Assembly (NCBI RefSeq): GCF_020745735.1
Contig: NC_083431.1
Coordinates: 21,108,496 to 21,172,495, forward strand
From: Hemiscyllium ocellatum
Taxonomy: Eukaryota
Direction: 5' to 3'
DNA length: 64,000 bases
Numbering within the stretch: position 1 is the stretch's first letter; each line of letters starts with the position of its first letter. The notes under the pieces are model-generated. The model made no database searches. It saw only the letters and a list, made by a program, of their open reading frames with translations, and was not told the origin of the DNA. Position numbers and translations under genes: made by a program. Shown here in pieces: positions 47,336-60,395 of this stretch.

Positions 47336-47521
47336 AGGTCAAGAGTGTGGGGTTGGTGTGGACTCGGGCACAAGCCCTTCATCAGGAATGCTGATCATCC
47401 TTGGCCTATGCCCGAAACATTGATTCTCCTGTTCCTTGGATGCTGTCTGACCTGCTATACCTTTCCAGCACCACACTCCTGACTCTGATATCCAGCATCT
47501 GCAGTCCTCACTTTCTCCAGA
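47336..47521. mobile_element. Short Penelope derivative (family A), degenerate palindrome
   Basis: Same terminus CCAGCATCTGCAGTCCTCACTTTCTC; probable TSD TCAGAGTCA at 47327-47335 and 47522-47530. Confidence 0.75.
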
Positions 47522-50500
47522 TCAGAGTCAGAGTCAAAGCTTATTCAACAGTATCATGTTAGAACAAAGCAACCATTTTGCTTGGGAAAACTGATTTTAT
47601 ATTATTATATAAAATAATTTTGAGAAATAATTGTAAGACACCTGATTGACTAAATTAAGAATACAGATACTAGAGATTACTTTAATCACAGGCATTTTGT
47701 GGCTCTCTTCATTAAGCCAACTGACTAATTGCATTAATGGGTTGACTAACATTCCCACCACTACATATAAGCCCTCCTTTTACCACAGTATTTCAGACAG
47801 TTAAAAGTTTTCTACAACATCCTCTGATATTGTTAAAATGAAAATTGAGATTCCAATACAAAACAAAAAAAATTACATTTATGGCATTGTATCTCCAGCT
47901 ATTGTCTATTTTTGTTCTTTACATCCAAACTTTTGTTTCCTGTAAACGGAATGAAACTATGGAAAACTGCAAACATGTAAATGGTACACATGATTTTCAG
48001 GCACAAAAAATAAATATTGAAGAGAAAATGTGCTGGACTTTTTTGGGTAGAATAAATACATGAGACAAGTGGAGACAATTTAATTCAGAATAAAGGCAGA
48101 AAGTCTTGTAATGAAATGCAAACCTCAGGTTTTGTTCAATTGTTGGCTACTTTCTTGTTTTGAGATAAAATACAGAATGCTAGAAATTAACGTATTAATT
48201 TGTACATAATGTTTCTACAAATCTTTTCAAGATTCAAGATAACAGTATAAAACAGTAAAATTCAAGATAATGGCAATATAACATAAAAATTAATTAAATG
48301 ATAAAAGAAAGCATCATGCTATCGTAATAGCGTTTTACAACACTTTACAGAGCGGGTTTGCTGCTTTTAATCTTTTCCAGAACATTCTTTGTTTTCCACA
48401 GTGAATGGTTCAACAGAGAAGTTGTACAATTCATCCTGGATTATCTGTAAACAGGTTTTTTATCATTTACAACACAGCAACAGTTTTACAGACAGTTTTA
48501 GTTTGACCTATGTCATGTCAGAACAGTCCAATCGTCAAAAACCTAAATGGTATCATTGGAACAACTGTGCTTCTGACTTTAATCTGCTGTGAATGCACTC
48601 AACTCTTTTTAACATCTTTCAAGATTATTGGAGAGCAGAAAGTATATCTCATCCAGGTGAGCAATACTGTTAATCCGATTTGATTTATTTATTGTCATGT
48701 GTAGTTTGTTACAAAATGCAGTGAAAAGTGTTATATGGTATCACCATTCTTTGCAGCCATCTTAAAACACAGAAAAATAAACCAAGACATAGAATATAAA
48801 GGCAGCAAGATAAAGAAATAGAGAAAGTGTTCAACTTTACAGTCCTTGTTAAGTGTTCCACCTTGGGCTATAGATTTAGTGGCCAGGCACGAGTCCCCTT
48901 TGCTGTGCTGCTGGAATGCAAGTCACCACTCTTTGGCGCCATCTTGCCTCTACCGACACCTTTACCAGTATTAGTCCTCGCTGGACCTCGACAATGCAGA
49001 CGCCACTGATGCTGCCAAGTACTGCACTGGCCCAAACTCAATTCCACTGCCACCTTGAGTCCGCTTCAGGCCCACCTCGTTGATGCAGCCGTTGGTAATG
49101 CCGCTGAGTCCCCTACTGGCTCCAAACATGCCTCCACCATCACCTCCATGAATCTGCGCTGGATGCAGACTCTGCTGGGAACCCAACTTACACTTGGCAC
49201 AGCCATGGGTCAGCATCAGGACTGCTAGATTAAAACCTGCAAATTAGAAAAATGAAAATTTGGAAGTTGCCTGTATTTATACTTGTTTTACATCTAAAAC
49301 ATAATCCTTCATATTTACTTTACTCTACTACCTAATTTTTTTTTTCAGCCAGCAATTGTTGCTGATCTTTACTTGCTGAGTGAACTGTTAACGTTAATTT
49401 TACTGAATGGTTTTATACTTCCTTTCAGAGGCCGGTTAGGATTCAACCACATTGCTCTGAATTAACAAACAAATTTACAAATGACTGAGTTCAGACAATT
49501 GAAATTACACTTGTAGTATTATTGCAAGTTAACACATACATTACAAGAGTCTTCTTTTATTATGCTCCTTGTGATGATAATCTTTTAGGACATGAAAATT
49601 CCAGATACTGACTATCCAAGTGTAAGAACATCATTTTCAATATATTGTGATAGATTAATATTTATCTTTTGCAATGCATTTCAACTATTCATCAGTTTTT
49701 TAAAATGATTAGATTTCAAAGAAAGCCATGCATTACTCCAAATATTGCACTAAATATATACTTGTTTGGAAAATATTTTCTGTAATTCTTTAACTCCTGT
49801 TTCATGCTTATAATATAGTTGTCTGCTGTATTTTCCTACATTACAACAGTGACTACCCTTCAAAAGTACTTATTTGATGAATTACATTTTGGGACATCCT
49901 GAGGTGTGAAAGGCACAGTCTAAATGTAAGTTTTTTTCCTTTTTTTCTTTTATGGCATTTGATCTGTTCTAATATTTTATAAGACATTTTTTAGATTCGT
50001 GAAGTTGTACTCTCAGCTTTGTCATTTAAATATTGCTTTCCCCACTTCTTTTTCACAGGACTATAGAATTATTACAGTGCCAGAAGGAAACCATTCAACC
50101 CAAAATTTCTGCATCATTTCTCCAATGAATGTTACAACTTAGTTGTCTCATTCACCTGCCTTTTCTTATATCCTTGCATTTGACTCCTTTACGAATAATC
50201 ATCTACTGCTTTCTTGAATGCCTCAGTTGACTCTGCCTCCACCGCATTTTCAGGCAGTACATTTCATGAACAACTCATTGCATGAAAAAAGCTTTCTCTT
50301 ATGTCAGATTTGTTATGTTTACAAATCGCCTTAATTCTGTGACCTAGACTCTTATCCAAACAGGAATGATTCCTCCCTATCTTCTGTCTCCATACCTTGC
50401 TAACTTCTGTCAGATCTCTTCTTAACCTTCTTCTCTACCAAGGAGAACAGTTCCAACGTCTCCAATCTACTCTCATAAATGAAGTTGCTTATCGATTTCA

Positions 50501-53074
50501 CCTTGTACTCTGTGCTCTGTGCTCTTAATCCAAGGTATGAGGCTCGAATTACTTTTGTCTTGCCTCACTGTTTTGCAGATACAAGGGAAGGAAGTTTGTC
50601 ATGGTAGTCAGCAAGCCTAAGTCAAATAAACAGCTATCTTTTGGTTGGAGCTCAGGCACTGTTAGTCAAGGGAAGACTCCACTATCATTCCAGGGGCTTG
50701 GATAGGTTAGACTACTAGTCTGGGTCTCAGAGTCAAGATTCTGAACACATCTGGGGTGAGGAGCTAAAATCTGTTTTGAATCTTTTTACCCTTTTGGGGA
50801 TTGTTTTCCTCCAGGAATGAAAGGCAGGTGTTGCAGGGGATGATATCTTTTCCTGTTAGTGCACGTAAATTGGTAACTTGAAGGCAGTACAGAGGGCATT
50901 CAGGGTTAGCGGTGCCAAAGGTCTGTATGGGTAACAGTGAGTGAGGGAAGATGCTGCAGGCATTATTGAGGATGACCGAGCATGAACATTGGTGGGAGGT
51001 GACTACAGTAACAAATGTAGACTGACTATGAGTTATCAGAGACAATATGATGGGATTTATGTTGGTAGAGTGGCAAATGCCATTGACATTCTGCCTTCAG
51101 AGCAATGCATTCCTCTAAATGGTTGAGGCTGATTTAATACACGTGGAACTTTTATCTGGCCTAGCATGGTTTAGTGCCATAGACTTTACTGCTGGCCCTA
51201 GGGGAAGTGGAAGTCCTGCCTCTGTGTGACTCCATCCATCAAGATCTCCAAGCCCCGGCTGCACAATGGGGTGCTAATTCTCCCCTGACTCCTATGTCTT
51301 CGGTAAATGCCAGGTGTCCTGCAGGGCAGCTCCACATTCACAGTGCTTGTCTGGGTGCACAATGGGCTTTTAAAAATGGTATAGGCGCAAAGGATGCCAC
51401 TGAATTCCAAGATATCTTCTGAGTAGTAAGTTGCTGTCAGAAAGGCATATGGTAAGATAAGACCACAATTGGACATCATGATGCCATAACAGTGGGGTAG
51501 GTACTTAATGTGGCCAGTTTTGTGAGATGCAGCAGGAAAACCCACTCTGCCTCACGTTGGAATCCCTCCAAAAAACTAGGCAAAAAACTCTCTTTAGTCA
51601 AAACAATGTTAAGATTGAGTTTCTCCTTTTGCTCCTGTACAGCTGATCCATAAGTGGTGCCACAAACCTGGCTCTGACTGCATTTGAAGACTAAATAGGT
51701 TATCAATGTGGATACTGCACCCTGCCTCCATTCTGCACTCTATTTGTATTTTGCAGTTTGACTCCATTCTCTACAGCTAGATTGGGTCTGGGAACTTTAT
51801 TTATGGAATTGAAACAAAAATGTAATAAAATCTTCAAAAACTTTAAATCTAAAGTGAAAAAAAGCAGTTTGCTAAAAATCAGAAAACAGAAAAGACGAGT
51901 CAGTGTTTTGGGAAACTAAGTGTCAATCTATCTTTTCTCCCTTTTTGAGATTGGTAGGCTTAATCCACATTTCCATAATGTTTTGTTTTTAACTTCCTTA
52001 AAATAACTTTACATTCTGTATATTATGCTATAAAAGGATAGACTTTCATGTGCAACTTTTATATTTCATTGAACATCGATTTTCAAGGTTTATTTTATTT
52101 GGCATTGTATCCAAAGAACACTGTAAATTGGAACAAAATCAGTGAATGATAAGCATTAGTATTTTGCATGTGTCACTTACAGTTACATACATATCAATTA
52201 AACATATATAAATTTAAAAATGTTTTAAGATTAAATCCATGGACAAAATATCCATGAGAAAACATCAACTTGAATAGGTATACCATATTGGAAAAATACA
52301 ATTTGGGATACTCGAATCAGAAAAGGTAAAACATATTATAATTTCTGAACAAATATCAAATCAAATTACTGTACTAACTTCATCAGATTTTTGAATTTGC
52401 TATTGAAACTACTTTGCTATCACTGGAATGATACGACATTTCCTGGACATCTTAACCAAATTCCATTATAGTAGTACAAGTAAAAATGCACTATGGGTTT
52501 GTGTTGGTAATCTTTTCTGTGTCAATGTCAGCAAATAGATGCATATAAGCTTTGAATTAAAAAATAATATGGTGAAATAAAATTGGTGTATTATAATGGA
52601 AATGCTGACATTACTCATCATTAAGCCTGTGAGAACCACATTCTGTAAAGGCATCTGATCATTTTATTCATGTAATTTGTAAACTGTGTTTGTAACTCAT
52701 TCATGGGATGTGGGAGTTACTGGATGGCCTGCATTTATTGTACATTCCTTGCAACCCTTCAGAAGACCTTGAACTACTGCAGTCCTTGGGAATTGGAAAT
52801 TACACTGTTTCCTTGTGTGTTATGCACTCATTTCCACTACCGTAGCAGTAAATTGTCAACTATATGTACTTTTTACTATTTAAAGTTTTTGATTATTTAT
52901 ATTATTTAATAACATATATCCATGATATTGTTCTTGAGTTAATACTGTTAATAACTTAAAGAAGATCATTTTGAAAATAGCTGTTACTTTCAGTTACCGA
53001 GGTACAAGTAGGTAAAATTAATATTGAACTATACTTTGCTGATATCAACTTTTTTTCTTTCTACAGATCTAGAT

Positions 53075-54154
53075 ATGGGTGATTGGTCATTACTTGGCCG
53101 TCTCCTAAATGAAGTTCAGAATCATTCCACAGTAGTTGGGAAGATCTGGTTGACAGTGTTGCTGATTTTTCGTATTTTGCTGGTCACACTAGTGGGTGAT
53201 GCAGTATATGGTGATGAGCAATCGAAGTTCACCTGTAACACCCGTCAGCCAGGCTGTAATAATGTTTGTTATGACACTTTTGCCCCTATTTCTCATCTGA
53301 GGTTCTGGATTTTCCAAATTGTTCTGGTCTCAACACCATCCATTTTCTATATTGTGTATGTCCTGCATAAAATAGCAAAAGATGAAAAATATGAAATGGA
53401 AAAAATGCATACACTGGAATTATCCAACAATCCTATGACTAGTGGACACCTTCCAAAAGATGAAAGCTTGACTCTAAGATCTTTTGTTGGCGACTCTCAG
53501 GAAATTAAATGTTATCAAAGGGATGGAGATGATGAAATAGAGCACATTAAAAGCAGAAAGAACAATGATCCAATCTATCTATCGAATAAGGTTTTAACTG
53601 TATATATTATACATGTAATGCTGAGAGCAGTTGTGGAAATAATATTTTTGCTGGGACAGTACTACCTGTATGGATTTAATGTTCCATGTCTGTTTGTGTG
53701 TTGGACCTATCCATGTCCAACCAAAACAGACTGCTTCATATCCAGAGCCACAGAAAAGACCATCTTTTTGAACTTTATGTTTTGTGTTAGTCTTGCATGC
53801 TTTTTGCTGAACATCGTTGAGCTCCATTATTTGGGATGGATTTATATTGCACGTGTGTTATGTACTACTTGCTCACCCTGTTGCAAGGAGGAGAAACAAA
53901 AGGAAGCAGTAAATCAGTCTTCACAACAAAAACCTCTTAAATTAGCACTAAAAACTTCATTCTACAACAACCTAACACTGAAATCGTCAGTAGGATTGTT
54001 GAAACAGGGATCAGATAATCTTCCAAGTCAAGCAGCAATTTCATTGGATTCTGAATCAGTAGAAAGCACAACATATCAGGATGAAAAGGAATGTGGCAAG
54101 CTGCAACATGGAAATCTAAACATGCCTGGAACAAGCAAGAAAGCTTGGCTTTAA
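53075..54154 (+). CDS. cx39.2: Connexin (gap junction protein), 359 aa, most like the Cx39.2 group (often annotated GJD2-like/GJA4-like)
   Basis: MGDWSLLGRLLNEVQNHSTVVGKIWLTVLLIFRILLVTLVGDAVYGDEQSKFTCNTRQPGCNNVCYD; EL1 C-x6-C-x3-C, EL2 C-x4-C-x5-C, SRATEKTIF; four TM segments. Splice acceptor TTTTCTTTCTACAG at 53066, 8 nt before the ATG. The connexin call is certain; the subfamily is from recall. Confidence 0.93.
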   Translation: MGDWSLLGRLLNEVQNHSTVVGKIWLTVLLIFRILLVTLVGDAVYGDEQSKFTCNTRQPGCNNVCYDTFAPISHLRFWIFQIVLVSTPSIFYIVYVLHKIAKDEKYEMEKMHTLELSNNPMTSGHLPKDESLTLRSFVGDSQEIKCYQRDGDDEIEHIKSRKNNDPIYLSNKVLTVYIIHVMLRAVVEIIFLLGQYYLYGFNVPCLFVCWTYPCPTKTDCFISRATEKTIFLNFMFCVSLACFLLNIVELHYLGWIYIARVLCTTCSPCCKEEKQKEAVNQSSQQKPLKLALKTSFYNNLTLKSSVGLLKQGSDNLPSQAAISLDSESVESTTYQDEKECGKLQHGNLNMPGTSKKAWL

Positions 54155-55289
54155 AAAAAGAGGTTTTAAACAGATATTGTTACATTCTAAATTTAATGTT
54201 TACAGATTCTTTATATCAAAACAGTAACAAAACGTTTACTGATTAATATTAACTGTTTGCCATTGTAAAACAGAAAACAGTAGTTAAATTAGCCAAATAT
54301 TAAGTATGACCAGGTACTGGAATGCCTTATTATTGTGTTGTAAAAGGCAGTTCAGTAAACCAAAATGAAGGAAAATATCACAATTTGAAATTGTGAAGGA
54401 GAGAGCACTTTCTAAAAACTATGGTGAGGTTCTCAGTTTGTGCTAAATTTTCTCTTGTTGTTGGAACAAAACAGAAATGCCCTCAAACACCTGAACAGTC
54501 AATCTGTCAAACCTTTCAGAACATGCAAGTTCGAACTCAAGAATTTCAATCAGAAATTACTCAGAAAATTCCAAACTGTAAGTACTCAACTTTGAAACAG
54601 ATGGGAATCTTTTCCCCTTGTCAATCCTTAGATGAGGATAGAATGTTCTATTTGATCTGATTTCTCAATAGGATCTACAAACACTCTCTAATGGTGAAAT
54701 GTTAACTGATAGTACTAAAAGCTTAAAGTGATTATTGGTGTATTCCACATGTTCTTTTATTTGTTTTAATTCCTAGATTTACCAATTAACTTAATGAAGA
54801 TTCTTAGAGACATCTAAATTATTTTTCAAAGTTTGATTGCTTTCACCACAGTACCAACTATATTTGAATCAAATTTACTATGAAAACAAGATCAGAATTT
54901 AACTGGACTGATATAGAAATGATCCAATTAAAGTGTTTGGAATGATTAAAGAATTAAATTTAGTGTTGAAATAAATTATTTTCACCAGTGCAGTAAAGCT
55001 TGAATGTCAGAAATTATTTTTACCTAAAAGTACTAGAAGTCTGGACCTCTCCCATTAAAGGTTGTTGAGGAAATTTCAAACTGAAATGAACATCTACTAT
55101 ACAAAGGTATAAGACCTGAATACCTTACTCCTGTACTGATGCTCCTATACCATAACTGGCTTTGTTTTTTGGGCAACAAGTGATTGCAATATATTTTTCA
55201 ATTCATCCGTAAAAAGCATGCATTAATTAACTTTGGATCATCATAATCAATATCACACTGTGTGAATCTACAGTATTAAATTTGAATGA

Positions 55290-55715
55290 TTCAGCAGTGA
55301 AGACAGATTAGACAGGTTGAGGTTGTTTTCCTTAAAGTTGAGAAGGCTGAGGGGAGATCTGATTGAGATGTACTGTACAAGGTTCTGAGGAGCATAGATA
55401 GGGCAGATGAGGTGAAATCTTTCTGATTAGTGGAAGGGTCAATAAGCAAGGGGCAATGTTTTAAGGTGAGGAGCAGGACGTTTGGAGAGGATTTAAGGGA
55501 AACCTTTTTCACCAAGATGGTTGTGAATATTTGAAACCCACGGCCTGAAAGGGTGGTAGCGGCAGTAACTCTAGAGATATTTAAGCACTATTTAGATGAA
55601 CACTTGAAAAGTCATGACATACAACACTACAAGCCAAGTGCTGGTAAATGCGATGACTGGCGCAGACACGATGTGCAGAGCAACCTCTTTCTGTGCTGTA
55701 AAAACTCTATGACTT
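55290..55715 (+). mobile_element. CR1-family LINE 3' end
   Basis: AGAAGGCTGAGGGGAGATCTGATTGAG...TTTAAGCACTATTTAGATGAACACTTG...CTCTATGAC tail. Confidence 0.75.
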
Positions 55716-56500
55716 AGTTCGACATAAGGTTTGTTTTGGTAGGACAAAATGATGGCAGGCATGAGATATTTGAACAGTTATAATAATACATTGTAGAGTA
55801 GTCTTTCAAGGTGAAGGTAAGGAGTATATAGTATTTGACTCTACAATTGGTCCTTGCTATACCTAACCTGGGAATTATTTTCAATGCTGACATTTGATAC
55901 CAAAAGTAAAAAAAAAGTTTCATTCTCTAGCCCTGACTTCTGTCATTTTGATATATCTAAATAATAACCAAAACATACATCACAATACTCACAGTCAAAT
56001 AAACTTGTAAAATCACCAAGACAAATTAAGCAAAGTAACCATTTGCAAACATTCTCAGATTCAAATGTAGTTGTTCCAAAGCTGAAAATGAATTGGAAGG
56101 AAATAATAAGCTAGAAAGAAATTAAAACCATTAGCAACATCTGGTACACTTCACAACTCATTTTGTAGCTTATTGTTGCATAAAAGTCTTTTAATATTGC
56201 TCAAGTTGCATTCAAAGTGCTCATAAACTCTGTAAACAGATTCTAGTAACAAAAAGGAAAACATTTGCACCCATACACTGAACACAGGGCATCCTAAAGA
56301 TTTTACACTCAACTATGTAATTTGATGTTGCAATGGATGAAATCTGATAGCTAATTGTGCACTGCAAGATTGCACAGACGAACGGCATTCAGCTGTGTTT
56401 GAAGGTTAAATGATGAACAGAACATATGCTGCTTCAAATGTTGACAAAAGATCTTATCACCAAACAATGCATATTAATTCTGCCTTTAACATTTTGTGTG

Positions 56501-59500
56501 TGTGGTGATTGGAGCAATGTCAGTCAGTTAGATCTCAAAGAATGAGTTTCCTGACAGGACCAGGTTAACAGCCCCAATCAGGGAGTCCAGGCTGACACAT
56601 ATAAACAGGAGTGTCAGGTGTTCTGCTGACTCAAGGAACTAGCTCAGTGCTAGCTAGGTCAGCGTCATGTACTATGCACATGTAAATAAAAGGGTGACTT
56701 GGTGGATACCGGCCTTTGTGGAGTTATTTCAGTAGTGATGAGAGGGGATTAATGATGTGACCATGCAAAAGCATCGACAAGCTGAAGCCCAACTGGACTT
56801 CAAAAGACACTACAAGTGGCTTTGTCATTAGAAAATATGGCATTTGGAACTTATGATTTACAGAGTATGCCATTGGAAGTGGATGCCCTAGCCAGGCTGA
56901 CTGAGCTTGGAGAACACCATTTAAGTGAAGGCAATTGCATAGCCTCACTTAGGACATATCCTGAACAAAGGGACTGTAGGTTAGCCCACAGCAAAGCCCC
57001 AAGCAAAGCTAAGTCTTGACCAAATGGTAAAAAATTTCTTGAAGAACCAGGCTAGCAGGTCATTGTAGTTGCTGCTGGTATGCAAACTTGAGACAGCAAA
57101 AAAGTTCCATTAGGCCTGAATTGAGTAAGACAACTCATAGGCCGGTATCCAGGGGAGTGCACTCTCTGGAGAGTCCACCTACAGTTGGTTTGGAACAGTT
57201 AAATTGCTTAGCAGCATCTAAATTAGAACCAATCAAAATAAAATTCTGGTTAAATGGCCGCTTCTAATGGAGGTCGATACCAGCGCATCCTTTTCAATGA
57301 TTGCAGAACCAGTCTTTTGCTAAATTCGCCTGGATCCCAACTCTTAAGTTCACATAAGACCTCAGCCAGGCTGAGAACCTGTACTGGAAAGCCCCAACCA
57401 ATTAAGAGCACAACTTCTGTTTTAATCTCTTATGAGAATCAGTTAACATTGATTTTAGTGAAAGGCTCAGGCCCAAGCTTGATCAGCCACAATTGTTTGA
57501 GAAAGATTCAACTTGATTGGCTCAATAGTTTTCAATTAGAAAATGGCTGCCTGAGTGAAGTCCTAATTAAATACATGGAAGTTTTTCAGGGAGGTCTAGG
57601 GACTATGAAAAGGGCCAAGGCCACCTTACATGTTGACCAAGAAACAATTCCACAATTCTGCAAGGCCCACTGAAAAGTGCAAAAGTAGAAATCAGGAGGC
57701 TGGAAAGTAAAGGGATCATCAAACCACTACAGTAGTATAAGTGGCACTGGTTGTATTGATTGTGAAGGCCGATGGCTTGGTTTACCTTTCAAAAAAAACA
57801 GTGAAGTGCTTTTTGCAGCTGGATAAATACCTACTTCTTTGCATTGAGGACTTATACACTTATAACCTAGGTTGCTAATTATCTGGATGACGTACTAATA
57901 ACTGGGAAGACCAACACAGAGCATTTAGAGAACTTGGACATAATACTTAAACATTTATCCAAGGTGGGGTTTCCCTGAGGAGGGAAAAATGTGTGTTCCA
58001 GGCACCTCAATTGACCTATTGAGCTACAGAGTCGACAAGACTGGATTACACACATTGCAAGATGTAGTGAGAATGAGCAAAGGTAACCTGGCCTCCCTGT
58101 CTGTACCAGAGTCTGGGTCTTTCCTTGGACTGGTGAATTAGTATGGAAATTTCAAAAATAACCCGGCCTCCATCCTGGCACCCTTACATTTGCTATTAAA
58201 AAAGGGTCAATGTTGGAATTGGTTTTGTAGCCAAGATGTAGCCTTTAGGGAAGTGAAGAAGCAGCGATCATCTAAGGTGCTGGCACACTATGATCCTAGG
58301 CAAGATGTAGTGCTTGCATGCGATGCCTTGCCATACAGTATTAGAGTAGTGTTTGCTCATCGGTGACTCAGCAGAAAGGAATGCCTGATGGCATATGCTT
58401 CTCAGATGTTGGCTGAAGCTGAACGAAGATACGCCCAGATAGAGAAGGAAGTTTCAGCAGTCATCTGATGTGTGAGCAAGTTCCACCAATACCTACACGG
58501 ATGTAAATTTAAATAATAACAGACCACAAACTCCAGCTAGGACTTAAAGAGGACAGTGTCATGCTGCCCATTGCTTCAGGTTGAATTCAGAGTTGGGTTT
58601 TTAGTTGAGTGCACACAATTACAAGTTGGAACACCATCCAGGAGACCAAGTGGCAAATGCGGATGCCTTGAGTGGTCTCCCATTGGCAGATACTACTGGT
58701 GGTGCCACCAGTTGAAGAGTCTGTTCTGGTTTTAACCTCTCTCTTCTGGTTACTGCTGATAGTATCAGACTGTTAGACACTGTGGACAGAAAAAGAGCGC
58801 ATCCTGACAAAACTACAACAGCTGGTGGTGATTGGGTCAAAAGAAATGAGCTTGTCACAACCAGAACTGAAACCTTTTTTGACCCGGTGAGTCTAGATCA
58901 CCACAGAGCATGGCATATTATTATGGGGAGCAAGACTGATTGTCCCGAGCAAAGGTCGCCATCAGATACTGGCTGAACTCCACCAAGGTCATCCAGGGGT
59001 TTCTAAAAATGAAGATGTTGATGAGTTGATGTCTGGTGGCCAGGATTGGATGTTGACTTAGCTGCATTGGTGGGGCAGTGCCCAGAGTGCAAAAAGGACA
59101 AAACTTACCCCAGCAGCTCCCCCACATTCATGGGAGTGGCCAGGTAAACCCTGGACTTGGTTACACAACATATGCCAGTCCTTTCTTGGGCATGCAAAGA
59201 CAGTTCCATACCATCCTTTGTCCAAAGGTCTGACTGAAAGAGCAGTCCAAGGTTTGACTCAATACAAAACAGTCCCAGTTCCTGTGTGATTATAGGACCA
59301 TCTCTCACATAACTAAAGGGACAGCTCCAGCAGAATTGCTAATGGGGGGAAGATTCTGCACCCAGATTAAATCTGATCTTCCTCGGCCTGCGGGGGAGGG
59401 TGAAATGGCATCTGAAATGCCAGTTCCAGACACAAGGCTCCTCTAAGCAAGTAAGACAGTTTACTTCAAGGGACGAAGTTTGGTGTCAAAACCATGGGTA

Positions 59501-60395
59501 TGGCCCTGCATGGGTAAGAGGCATGGTCAATGCAAGGTCAGGTCTCGTGACATACAAAGTTTGGGTAGGTGAGGCAGTCCTGAACAAACATGTGGACCAC
59601 ATGAAAGCTGCATACGGGGCAGCAGCAAAACATACCTGACCCCTCAGAACATTCACTGCTGAAAATGTGTTGCTGGAAAAGCGCAGCAGGTCAGGCAGCA
59701 TCAAAGGAGCAGGAGAATCGACATTTCGGGCATGAGCCCTTCTTCAGGAATCCTGAAGAAGGGCTCATGCCCGAAACTTCGATTCTCCTGCTCCTTGGAT
59801 GCTGCCTGACCTGCTGCGCTTTTCCAGCAACACATTTTCAGCTCTGATCTCCAGCATCTGCAGTCCTCACTTTCTCCCTCAGAACATTCAGCAAGGCTGT
59901 CAGAACCCATGGGTTCTCCACCTCAGACTACTGTCAAAGAAACCTCTGAGGCTGAGATGGATACATATGTCACAGCCACAACGCTGCTACCACTTGAAGA
60001 TGAGTACTGGCTGAAATGCTCCGAGGCACAACAGGTAGCTATGGTCCAGGAGATGCTGCCAATATTTGAGGCAGAGTCAGAGGAGCTGGATCTGGTCCAA
60101 AAATGCCGCAGGAGAAGCTACAGGAAAAAGAATAGGCATACATGCCAGGACTAACAAGGGGAGGGACATAGTAACCGCAGTGAACTCAGCCAGGTAGATC
60201 TCATAGAATATGAGTTCCTTGATTGGGGCTATTAACCTGGTCCATATAGGTTGACGGTTCATAAACAGGAGTGTCTGGGGTTCTGCTCAATCGAGGAGAA
60301 CATCTCTGTGCTAGCGCTGTCAGTGATGTGTAATATGCATGTGCAAACAAAGGGTGACTTGTTGACAGGAAACTGGCCTTTGTGAAATCATTTCA
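56501..60395 (+). mobile_element. Decayed full-length Gypsy/Ty3 LTR retrotransposon
   Basis: LTRs 56501-56731 (TG...CA) and 60167-60395; TSD GTGTG at 56496-56500 and 60396-60400; polypurine tract 60156-60166. Frameshifted protease MEVDTSAS (about 57267), RT YLDD (57880-57891), RNase H ACDALPY (about 58315) and integrase LAELHQGHPGVSKMK (about 58970), in Gypsy order. Confidence 0.9.
59656..59875. mobile_element. Short near-perfect palindromic hammerhead-bearing Penelope derivative (family A), 15-bp TSD
   Basis: TSD CCCTCAGAACATTCA at 59641-59655 and 59876-59890; about 90-bp inverted arms centred on TTCAGGAATCCTGAA (about 59750). Confidence 0.9.

Noticed and set aside
50500-51720. ORFs 50764-51045, 51198-51545, 51207-51422 and 51476-51706 as host genes
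   Set aside because: No recognisable domain or exon chain; probably a decayed LINE remnant.
53024-53074. 17-aa N-terminal extension of the connexin ORF
   Set aside because: TTG start lying over a polypyrimidine tract and splice acceptor; connexins begin at MGDW.
59400-60262. Cluster of short ORFs, including twin [18 protein letters not shown] peptides on both strands
   Set aside because: Artefacts of the palindromic insert and the decayed Gypsy tail.
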